Assembly (NCBI GenBank): GCA_036520475.1 | Contig: DATDJP010000348.1 | Coordinates: 1 to 28,851 of the forward strand | Origin: Polyangiaceae bacterium | GTDB taxonomy: Bacteria; Myxococcota_A; Polyangia; Polyangiales; Polyangiaceae | Length of the DNA stretch: 28,851 nucleotides | Reading direction: 5' to 3' | Shown here: one piece after another, positions 1 to 7,318 of the stretch | How positions within the stretch are numbered: the first letter of the stretch is position 1 | How the letters are laid out: every line of letters starts with the position of its first letter | Position numbers and translations under genes: made by a program | Notes under the pieces: model-generated | Databases searched by the model: none | Told to the model about the DNA's origin: nothing | The model's input: only the letters and a program-made list of their open reading frames with translations

Positions 1-259
1 AACGAAACTGAATGCTTCGAGCGGCTTGATTTTGGGGGGATAGCGCGGGGCGACGCGTGCGCCAGTGGGTCGGAGTTCGCGGACGGACGGCAATCGGGAC
101 TGTCGCTCGGGCTTTCTGATTTTGCACTCGTGCTCGGCCGCTTCAAGGGGCTTCGCCCGCGCTGCGCGCGGCGCCTGCGGCGCCCTTGACCCGGCCTGCG
201 ACGCGAGAGCGTGGCGGGCCGCCTGGTTCGCGCCGGTCGGCGCAGAAAGGCAGAACGCT

Positions 260-586
260 ATGTTGCGGATTTATCCTGTTGCTCTCGAATGGCTCAAGGC
301 GGTGCGTCCTTTGATCGCTCAGATTGCTCGTCACGACGGTGACCTGGCGAAGCAGCTCCGGAGGTCGAGCTCGTCCGTAATTCTCAATCTCGGTGAGGGC
401 ATGTATTCGCGAGGGGGACATCGCACGAATGCTTACGGCGTGGCGCTGCGCGAGATGGGTGAGAGCTATTCGGCGCTGCAAGCGGCGCAGGTGCACGGGT
501 ACGTCACAGCGCTCGAGCCTGCCTTTGAAGCGCAGTGTCGCAGGATTCTGGGCACGCTCGTGAAGCTCGCGTTGCCGGCCAAGTGA
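260..586 (+). CDS. Four-helix-bundle protein (23S rRNA intervening-sequence protein family, TIGR02436-like); start moved to the internal ATG
   Basis: The ~108-aa C-terminal part of ORF 65-586 has the family's helical pattern and an NxxEGxxR-like motif (LNLGEGMYSRGG). The upstream 65 codons are Arg/Cys-rich junk typical of a high-GC read-through. AAAGG lies 8-12 nt before ATG260. Confidence 0.55.
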   Translation: MLRIYPVALEWLKAVRPLIAQIARHDGDLAKQLRRSSSSVILNLGEGMYSRGGHRTNAYGVALREMGESYSALQAAQVHGYVTALEPAFEAQCRRILGTLVKLALPAK

Positions 587-684
587 CGGAAACAATGCGC
601 GGTGTCGAGGGGGACACCGCGCATCCAGGGGCTTGCCGACGCGCGACTGGGCTCGGCTCCGTCACCCTCGAGGCCTCCTCAGTT

Positions 685-1671
685 TCAGCGCATGCCGCCG
701 TCGGTCATCCACTTGCGGAGGGCGTCGCGCAGGTACTGCGGCTTCGGATACGCCGTGTTCGCGAAACGGAACGCCCACGGATCACTGCCGCACGCCCAGC
801 CCTGAGCGCCGCCATAGAACTGAAACGGATCGACGAGCGGCGCTGAAACGCCGTTCTTGGCTACGGGTGGACGGTACGGATTGATGTCCGTCGAGTTGTG
901 GCAGCCGGAGCAGCGCATGCCGTCGGAGCGGCCGGCGTAGACGCTGCTCACGATGTCCTGGAGCGAGCTGCCGGCCGCGAACTTGCCGCCCATGGCCGCC
1001 GTGGGCGCAGTGCCGAGGGTGGCGGCGTTCAGCGGTGACGTCCACGTCAGCCGGCACTTGATGCCCGTTTCGTACGCCAGGGTGCTGCGCGTATCGTTCG
1101 CGAAAGCGCTGGCCGCAGTTTGCATGTTGCGGTCCACGTCGATCTGAACCGAGTAGCTGCCGCAAGGCGACAGCAAGTTCGGTGCAATGCGCACGAGCAG
1201 ATAACCGCGCTCGCCTGGGTTGACCGTGTTCGCCGCCGTCGCCGTGCCGCCCCAGTACTGATACAGCGTCGTGGTGTAGATCGAGCCCGCGATGATCACG
1301 CGCCCCGAGGGGCCGTACGCGGGCGTCGTGCCGATGTTGGTGACGTCGATCTGCAGACCCAAGGTGGGCTGCGCTGGCCCGTAGTAGCGCATGGCGCCTT
1401 CCGGGCGCAGGTCGGAGTTGGGCGTCGGGTCGGCCACCACGACGGGTCCAATCGGTCCGACCGGCGGCTTGAAGATGCCGCCGAAGCCGAGCTTGATGGG
1501 TTGCGTGTACTGAGTCTGCAGCGTCGTGGAGCCGGCCGCGTTGAACGTCAGGGACTCCTGGCTTTCGCCCAGCTCGTCGGCGCCGTCGAGGGAGCTGTTT
1601 TCGCTCGCCCCGCCACAAGCGGTCGAGAGTCCAACAGTCAGTAGGGCCAGCAACTCCGTGATTCGACGCAT
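685..1671 (-). CDS. Secreted lipoprotein, hypothetical; C-terminal CXXCH motif, so a possible c-type haem domain
   Basis: Start taken at the internal Met (MRRITELLALLTVGLSTAC...). It has a clear signal peptide and lipobox (LSTAC), and GAGGAG sits 6 nt upstream on the minus strand. The C-terminus contains CSGCH. The upstream 50 codons of ORF 685-1821 are not supported. Confidence 0.6.
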   Translation of the reverse strand: MRRITELLALLTVGLSTACGGASENSSLDGADELGESQESLTFNAAGSTTLQTQYTQPIKLGFGGIFKPPVGPIGPVVVADPTPNSDLRPEGAMRYYGPAQPTLGLQIDVTNIGTTPAYGPSGRVIIAGSIYTTTLYQYWGGTATAANTVNPGERGYLLVRIAPNLLSPCGSYSVQIDVDRNMQTAASAFANDTRSTLAYETGIKCRLTWTSPLNAATLGTAPTAAMGGKFAAGSSLQDIVSSVYAGRSDGMRCSGCHNSTDINPYRPPVAKNGVSAPLVDPFQFYGGAQGWACGSDPWAFRFANTAYPKPQYLRDALRKWMTDGGMR

Positions 1672-1777
1672 TCGGGGATTCTCCTCGTTCGAGCTAGGTC
1701 GAGCCCTTTGCAAGCGCCGAGCCATGGGGCCGGCGGCCGAACAATGACCATTTTTTGCGGCGAATCGCTGGTCTTGG

Positions 1778-1825
1778 TGCAACGCAGGCCGCCGCTGCAA
1801 CCCCGCGTGGGTTGCATGCAACGCA
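1778..1825. promoter_or_regulatory. TGCAAC half-site array (two direct copies plus the palindrome TGCAACCC-CGCGT-GGGTTGCA) in a divergent intergenic region
   Basis: tgcaacgca at 1778-1786, the 7+5+7 palindrome at 1796-1816, and tgcaacgca again at 1817-1825. It lies between two divergently transcribed lipoprotein genes. Confidence 0.3.
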
Positions 1826-2006
1826 TGGAAACGGCGACGCAGGGCCGCTGTGCGTACAGCGCTGTCCGTGCGCAGCGCTTTGCGCCCGCCGGCGTGAGCG
1901 ACACGTGGGGGCTGAAACGCGCCAGGGGCTGAGTTAGGCTGGCGCGCCGCGCGCGCGATTGGCGCGCGTGACCGCGTCAGAGTGACGCACGAGGAGGGGG
2001 ATCAGC

Positions 2007-2570
2007 ATGCGTACGCTAATCGGCGCTTTGATGGCATTGTCGCTCAACGGTATCCACGGCTGCGAGCCTCCTATTCCGCCAGGAGGAGCCGGGGGTAGTC
2101 CTCCCACGGCTTGCGCGATCGCGTTGCCTCCCTTCACGCCGAACAGCCCGTGGGCGTGCGAGCAGACTCGCCCGTGCAGCGCCTTCCACATGGGCCAGGA
2201 TGGCCGGCTCTACACGCAATCCATGCACCTTGAAAACCCCGGCACAATCGAGGACGTGCGCTGCGTGCTTCGCAGCCTGCGCGACGGGACCTCCGGGCAG
2301 TATTCGTTTGTGCTGGATACGCCGTCGATGCCCGGTTTTCTCGTCGATTATCACAGGCTCAATGTGCTTCCCAATGACAATGTCGTGCGCTCCGTCGATC
2401 CGTTTCGCGACATGAGTCCGACGACCGTCAGTCACGCTTACATGACGCGAAAACCCGGGGCATTTTTCGACGCTTGTTTGGCGCTGCAACCGGGGCCCGA
2501 GCTGTTCGCCTGTCTCACGACCTGGTCGGACGCGCTCGCCAGCGGCTGTCCGGTTTGCCCGGCGCCCTGA
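2007..2570 (+). CDS. Secreted (lipo)protein, hypothetical
   Basis: Strong RBS GAGGAGGGGG 6 nt upstream. The N-terminal signal peptide MRTLIGALMALSLNGIHGC ends in a Cys. The overlapping minus ORF 2016-2489 is Arg-rich antisense. Confidence 0.55.
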   Translation: MRTLIGALMALSLNGIHGCEPPIPPGGAGGSPPTACAIALPPFTPNSPWACEQTRPCSAFHMGQDGRLYTQSMHLENPGTIEDVRCVLRSLRDGTSGQYSFVLDTPSMPGFLVDYHRLNVLPNDNVVRSVDPFRDMSPTTVSHAYMTRKPGAFFDACLALQPGPELFACLTTWSDALASGCPVCPAP

Positions 2571-2733
2571 CGACTGCGCAAGCTATCGAAGAGGTCGGAC
2601 GCGCTGCCGGTTTTGGCAGTGCGTGCCGGAACTGACACGCCGCTTGCGGCGCAGCGTCTCGCGTCACGGCGCGCAAACCCTTGTGTAGAGCGCGTCGGGG
2701 CGTTGGTGCGCCGCTTGCTAAAGCAGGCCGTCG

Positions 2734-3162
2734 ATGACTGACGTACTGATTTGTCCCGCCTGTCGTGGCCCGGTCCTGCGCACTTCAGCGGCGTGCCCAC
2801 ACTGCAGCACCGCTCTGATCAAAACGAGCCGCGGTCGAGTGGTCTTGCACTTGAAGCAGTTCGCGCTGGCGGCCTCGGCGAGCATGACCTTGACGGCCTG
2901 CTATGGCGGGCCGGTGCCGCCCACGGAGTGGGAGCCGCCGCCGGGCACTGCTGGCACGGGCGGGGTTCTGTATCCGCGCTGTGATCAGCTCGCCGAGAGC
3001 CTGCGCACGCCGGATCTCGATGCCGACGAGTATTGCGGGATCTTCGATTGTGACGAAGAAGATCCGTCGGTTCACGCCAACGCGGTCGACGTTCCCGGCG
3101 ACGGCGTGGATCAGGATTGTACGGGCTCGGACGCGCCGCGTCCCCCGGACGCTGGTCAGTAG
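2734..3162 (+). CDS. Small zinc-ribbon / TM-lipobox / MopE-like Cys-Asp-rich metal-binding motif protein
   Basis: N-terminal CPACRG...CPHC zinc ribbon (CxxC-x11-CxxC). A hydrophobic segment ends in the lipobox-like LTAC. The C-terminus DEYCGIFDCDEEDPSVHANAVDVPGDGVDQDCTGSD matches the myxobacterial putative metal-binding (MopE-type, DCDDxD...PGAxExCDGxDxDCDG) motif. Its stop lies 8 nt before the rSAM start. An alternative GTG start at 2839 would give a pure lipoprotein. Confidence 0.5.
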   Translation: MTDVLICPACRGPVLRTSAACPHCSTALIKTSRGRVVLHLKQFALAASASMTLTACYGGPVPPTEWEPPPGTAGTGGVLYPRCDQLAESLRTPDLDADEYCGIFDCDEEDPSVHANAVDVPGDGVDQDCTGSDAPRPPDAGQ

Positions 3163-3170
3163 CGGACATC

Positions 3171-4445
3171 ATGGGCGCGGCGACCGGTGTGCCGGTGTAC
3201 AGCCGGGCGGAGCAAGCCGCCCGGCGCCGGCTGCGCGTGGTGGATACGGCGCGCGTTCCGGCGTACGTGGTCTGGGAGCTCACGCTGCAATGCGATCACG
3301 CTTGCCATCACTGCGGCTCGCGGGCGGCCCGTCCCCGGCCGGGTGAGCTCACGACCGAGCAGGCGCTGGCCGTCGTGGCAGAGCTCGCCAAGCTCGGCAC
3401 ACGCGAGCTGGTGTTGATCGGCGGAGAAGCCTATCTGCACCCCGGGTTTCTCGATGTGGTGCGCGCTGCAGCGCAGCATGGCATCACGCCGATCATGACC
3501 ACGGGTGGCGCCGGCATCACGCCCGAGCTCGCGGTGGCCATGAAGACGGCGGGCATGGCGCGCGTTTCCGTCAGCGTCGATGGACTTGCGGCTCAGCACG
3601 ATCGGATCCGGGCCAAGCGCGGCTCGTTCGCTGCCGCGACGGACGCTTTGCGCAGCCTGAAGGAGGCGTCGATCGACACGGCCGCGAACACGAACATCAA
3701 CCGCATCAACCTGGCGGATCTGGAGCTTCTGTATCAACACCTGCGCGATCTCGGGATTTTATCCTGGCAGGTCCAGTTGACGGTGCCGCTCGGGCGCGGG
3801 GCGGATCATCCCGACATGCTGCTCCAGCCCTGGATGCTCCTCGACCTGCTGCCGCGACTCGACGCGCTCAAGACGCGCGCGCTCCGCGACGGCATTCTGC
3901 TGATGCCGGGGAACAACCTGGGTTACTTCGGACCAGAGGAGTTCCGGCTGCGCTCGCAGAAGCTCGCGGGCTCGGACCACTTTCGCGGCTGCCAGGCTGG
4001 CCGCTTCGTGATGGGGATCGAGTCGGACGGCGGAATCAAGGGTTGTCCATCGCTACAGAGCGCCAGCTACGTCGTCGGTCGCTGGGGCGCGGAAGGTGAC
4101 GTCGAGACGCTCTGGAACAGCGAATCCGACGCGCTGCGCTTCAACGAGCGGAGCCGCAAACGCGAGCTCTGGGGCCGCTGTGCGAGCTGCGAGTTCGCCA
4201 AGGTGTGCCAGGCCGGCTGTAGTTTCACGGCTCACGCGTTCTTTGGCCGACGCGGGAACAATCCATACTGCCACTACCGTGCGATTCGCCTGCGACGTGA
4301 GGGCCTGCGCGAGCGGCTCGTCATGAAGCGCCGCGCGCCCGGCGTGCCCTTCGATCACGCACAATTCGGCATCGTCGAGGAGCCGTTCGACGCTCCGGTG
4401 GACGACGTGCCCGTGGACCTGATCCAGCTTCGTAGAAGACGCTGA
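3171..4445 (+). CDS. Radical SAM enzyme with C-terminal SPASM domain (PqqE/MftC/anSME-like peptide or protein maturase)
   Basis: CxxxCxxC at WELTLQCDHACHHCGS. GGE motif (LIGGEAYLHPG). PqqE-like core. C-terminal Cys cluster GCQAG...GIKGCPS...CASCEFAKVCQAGCSF is typical of SPASM auxiliary Fe-S sites. Start placed at ATG3171, just after the upstream gene's stop; ORF 3117 overlaps upstream in frame. Confidence 0.85.
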   Translation: MGAATGVPVYSRAEQAARRRLRVVDTARVPAYVVWELTLQCDHACHHCGSRAARPRPGELTTEQALAVVAELAKLGTRELVLIGGEAYLHPGFLDVVRAAAQHGITPIMTTGGAGITPELAVAMKTAGMARVSVSVDGLAAQHDRIRAKRGSFAAATDALRSLKEASIDTAANTNINRINLADLELLYQHLRDLGILSWQVQLTVPLGRGADHPDMLLQPWMLLDLLPRLDALKTRALRDGILLMPGNNLGYFGPEEFRLRSQKLAGSDHFRGCQAGRFVMGIESDGGIKGCPSLQSASYVVGRWGAEGDVETLWNSESDALRFNERSRKRELWGRCASCEFAKVCQAGCSFTAHAFFGRRGNNPYCHYRAIRLRREGLRERLVMKRRAPGVPFDHAQFGIVEEPFDAPVDDVPVDLIQLRRRR

Positions 4446-4504
4446 TCGGCTGCGCACACGCTTGTCCCTTTGTATGCCGTGACGGCGGCTATACGGTCCC
4501 GGGC

Positions 4505-5827
4505 ATGGCATCGGCGTCGTCGTTGGGGCTTCGAACCTGGGTAATTTTACCCGCTCTTTTGTGCGCGTGCGGTGAGCCCGTGCTCTATCGATCCGACATC
4601 CGGCCGGTGACCAGCGTCGCTGAGGCAAAACCCGGCGTTTTCATCCCGCCGTTTCGTGAGTGCAAGAGCCCGTTGCCGGGCGAGACGGGCAACGGCCCGA
4701 ATGGGGCGGTCTGCACCAACGTCGCGATCTCGGGCAGTACGGAGGCCGGCAAGTCGTTCGCCGCCTATGCTGCGTGTGACGTCGTGCGCACGCAGCGGCC
4801 GTACTGGTCCGCGCCGCCCGCGCGCGTTCCCGCTGCGGACGACCCGCGTCTCTCCGATGCGGCGTACGTCGACGACCTCGCGTGGGTCAAAAGTCAAATC
4901 GCGTCGAGCGGCTGCGTTTGTTGTCACGACTCGCGCGTCGTCGCGTCGGCGCAGTGGGACATCGACCGGGGACCGCTCTGGCTCGACTCGTTGTCCGATC
5001 CGGGGCTCGCCCTGTTCACCGGCCTCGCGGACTCGACGGTGCTGGGTGCATACCCGAAGCACGAGAACAACGGCTTCGATCGCACGATCACCGGCATTCC
5101 GACCAACGACACGCCGCGCATGCAGGCCATCCTGTTTCGCGAGCTCGAGCGGCGCGGTATCACCCGCGAGCAAGCAGCGGCCGTGCCGCCATTCGGGGGG
5201 CCGATTTACGCGAATCAGGTGACACCGCCGGGCATCTGCACGGCAGGGGAGGGCGTGACGAGCGACGGCCGCGTCCTCTGGAAAGCGGGCGGCGCGCGCT
5301 ACGTGTACGTGATGGCGGAGAGCGCGAAGAATCCCGGTGTACCGCCGAACCTCGATTTGCCGAGCGGTACGATTTGGCGGCTCGACGTGCTCGCACGCGC
5401 CGACGCGGTCCAGAGCGGGATCGCCTACGGAACGACGCCGCCCGGCACCTTCCAGGCCGTACCCGACCGGGTGCGCGCCCCGCTGCTGGTGGCCGGTACG
5501 AAGTATCACTTCACCGTGCTCAGGGATGTCGGTGTGCCGAGCACGAACTGCATCTTCACATATCCCGCCGCTCCGGCGCCGGTGACGGATGCTGGCCCCG
5601 GACCCGGGCCGAGCTGCGACGCCGGCACGGCGCTCGGACGCGCGTGCACCGACGACGCGGCGTGCGGCTGTGGAGCCCCGTATTGCGCCCTCCAGCCGGG
5701 CCAGACGCAGGGGTATTGCACGGTCACGGGTTGCAAAGAAAACCCGGGCGTCTGTGCTGCCGGGTGGTCGTGTTTCGACCTCGGCGTCTTCGCGCCCGGT
5801 CAGCCGTCCATTTGCACCAAGCCGTAG
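4505..5827 (+). CDS. Secreted lipoprotein with one CXXCH (planctomycete-cytochrome-like PSCyt signature) and a C-terminal 10-Cys domain
   Basis: Signal peptide and lipobox MASASSLGLRTWVILPALLCAC. AWVKSQIASSGCVCCHDS...LWLDSLSD resembles the PSCyt1 pattern. The C-terminal ~70 aa are Cys-rich. It starts 60 bp after the rSAM gene. The overlapping 526-aa minus ORF is rejected as antisense. Confidence 0.65.
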   Translation: MASASSLGLRTWVILPALLCACGEPVLYRSDIRPVTSVAEAKPGVFIPPFRECKSPLPGETGNGPNGAVCTNVAISGSTEAGKSFAAYAACDVVRTQRPYWSAPPARVPAADDPRLSDAAYVDDLAWVKSQIASSGCVCCHDSRVVASAQWDIDRGPLWLDSLSDPGLALFTGLADSTVLGAYPKHENNGFDRTITGIPTNDTPRMQAILFRELERRGITREQAAAVPPFGGPIYANQVTPPGICTAGEGVTSDGRVLWKAGGARYVYVMAESAKNPGVPPNLDLPSGTIWRLDVLARADAVQSGIAYGTTPPGTFQAVPDRVRAPLLVAGTKYHFTVLRDVGVPSTNCIFTYPAAPAPVTDAGPGPGPSCDAGTALGRACTDDAACGCGAPYCALQPGQTQGYCTVTGCKENPGVCAAGWSCFDLGVFAPGQPSICTKP

Positions 5828-6181
5828 GGATCCGTCCCTGAATCCGTTCCGGCCCGTGACGTGAACGTCTGAGCATTCATCGCATCGCGTCCATGTTTTA
5901 GGGCGATGACCTGGACTTTCTGCAGGCGCGCGCCGAGCGCCGTGGGGGCGTGAAGCCCGCCGGAGCACTCGTCGGTAAAGCCGCCGAGGGGCTGCCACGT
6001 GGTCCACGACGTCCTTGACGCGCAGCGCACCGGCGAGGTCGCCTACAGCGAAGGTGGCGGCGACGTCGCAGCGCACCGCGAAGATGCGCGCGTGAGATCG
6101 CGAGAACACGACGCCATCCGGCGCCACCCTGAGTTGTGGCTGAGTTGTGGGGTGGCGCTGGTAGCCACCCCGCGTCGTCTA

Positions 6182-6814
6182 CTACGGCGCGATGTTTGGC
6201 GGCACCAACAGGGCCAACGCGGCTCGCAGCAGCGATTCGGGTTTGGGTTCGATCGCGCGCGCTCGAAGCTTGCTAACCGCTTGCGCGACTTCGTGCTTGC
6301 GAAACCCCATCTTGCAAAGCGCCGAGGAGACCGTGGTCTCGATAGGCTCGCGTGAATCGGACTGCGCCGCGTCCGTGGGCCGAGCCTCGGCCTGCTTTGC
6401 CGGCACGTCACGCGCTTTGCGCTCACGACGCTTCTTCTCGATGTGCGCCTCGCCGAAGACCTGGCGTGCAGTATGGGCGTTATGACTCGCGCACAAAAGG
6501 CAGAGGTTCTCTACGAACGATGGTCCCCCGCATGCATGCGGCTGCACGTGCTCGATTGTCAGGAACCGCCGAGCGCTGGTCGTCAACGAAATTGTGAACG
6601 GTCGCCATTTTTTGGCGGTGCCGCAGAGCCCGACGCGCGACGTCGTGTGGCAACACGCTTCGAGCTCGCCATTAATCCAGATGGCGAGCCGGCAACCACC
6701 TCCGCAGTCTCGGCCGCGTGTTCGAGCTTCCCGCGTGCCCTGGTTGGCCCGCGCGTACTGCTCGCGTCGCGCGAGGAGTGAGCCTCCTCGTCGTTCTAGA
6801 TCGGGCGCGAGCAA
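6182..6814 (-). CDS. HNH endonuclease family protein, C-terminal part only (5'-truncated relative to the DUF222-HNH family)
   Basis: HNH core EHVQPHACGGPSFVENLCLLCASHNAHTA (HH...GG...NL..LC..HN..H) preceded by a Cys cluster. The C-terminal MGF...EA..A helical tail is as in full-length family members. The ~250-aa N-terminal domain expected upstream is absent. Confidence 0.6.
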   Translation of the reverse strand: MLAPDLERRGGSLLARREQYARANQGTREARTRGRDCGGGCRLAIWINGELEACCHTTSRVGLCGTAKKWRPFTISLTTSARRFLTIEHVQPHACGGPSFVENLCLLCASHNAHTARQVFGEAHIEKKRRERKARDVPAKQAEARPTDAAQSDSREPIETTVSSALCKMGFRKHEVAQAVSKLRARAIEPKPESLLRAALALLVPPNIAP

Positions 6815-7032
6815 ACACGTGGCCGACGATCGAGGTCACGCGGCGTGTGGAGAAGACGTCAACCATCGCGGCAAGGACCGCCTACGTTGGTACCATCCCA
6901 GCGCCATTCGGAAGCTCCCAACAGGCTACCAGACTTGCCAGCTGTGGCAGCCCGCGCCCTTCGAATAGCTCAGGGTCTTGCACAATTCGCCTGATGCCCC
7001 CGCCAGCGACGACGACTCGTGATGAATGACCA

Positions 7033-7236
7033 GACGTGAAGGTGAACGTGAACGGGCCCGAATTTCGGACGCCGTCAGCCCGCAAAACTCCTCCCCACTG
7101 CCGCCCGCGTCGCCCCGCGCAAACCCCAAAAAATCAAGCCGCCCCAAGTATCGAGCTTCCTTCAAACTCCGGGCGACTTGTGCCCAATCATCAGACGGAC
7201 ACGTTCACGTTCACGTTCACGGGGGGGCCGATTCGG
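7033..7236. repeat. Paired hexamer-repeat elements: (GTGAAC)3 plus a GGGCCCGAAnTTCGGG palindrome at 7033-7068, and (GTTCAC)3 plus GGGGCCGATTCGGG at 7197-7236, separated by a C-rich 128-bp spacer, 80 bp upstream of the DAHP synthase gene
   Basis: Read directly: cagacgTGAAGGTGAACGTGAACGggcccgaatttcgg versus cagacgGACACGTTCACGTTCACGTTCACGggggggccgattcggg. Flanks are direct and the core is inverted. Confidence 0.5.
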
Positions 7237-7318
7237 GCACCAGCCCTGATCGCGTCGTCTCGGTGAGTGCTTTGCTGGCCAAATCGCGCTACACCGCTCG
7301 CCACGGGACCATAGCCGA

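Noticed and set aside
65-259. N-terminal 65-codon extension of the four-helix-bundle ORF
   Set aside because: Cys/Arg-rich and not part of the ~110-aa family. The internal ATG260 has a better RBS context.
782-1644. 278-aa minus and 174-aa plus ORFs overlapping the 685-1671 lipoprotein gene
   Set aside because: Arg-rich alternative frames. The lipoprotein frame has a signal peptide and RBS.
4547-6127. 526-aa minus-strand ORF overlapping the 440-aa lipoprotein gene
   Set aside because: Arg/Ala-rich, no motifs, antisense to a gene with a clear signal peptide and operon context. This is the typical long spurious ORF of 70% GC DNA. Only its first ~70 codons (5900-6127) lie outside the lipoprotein gene and show no recognisable family.
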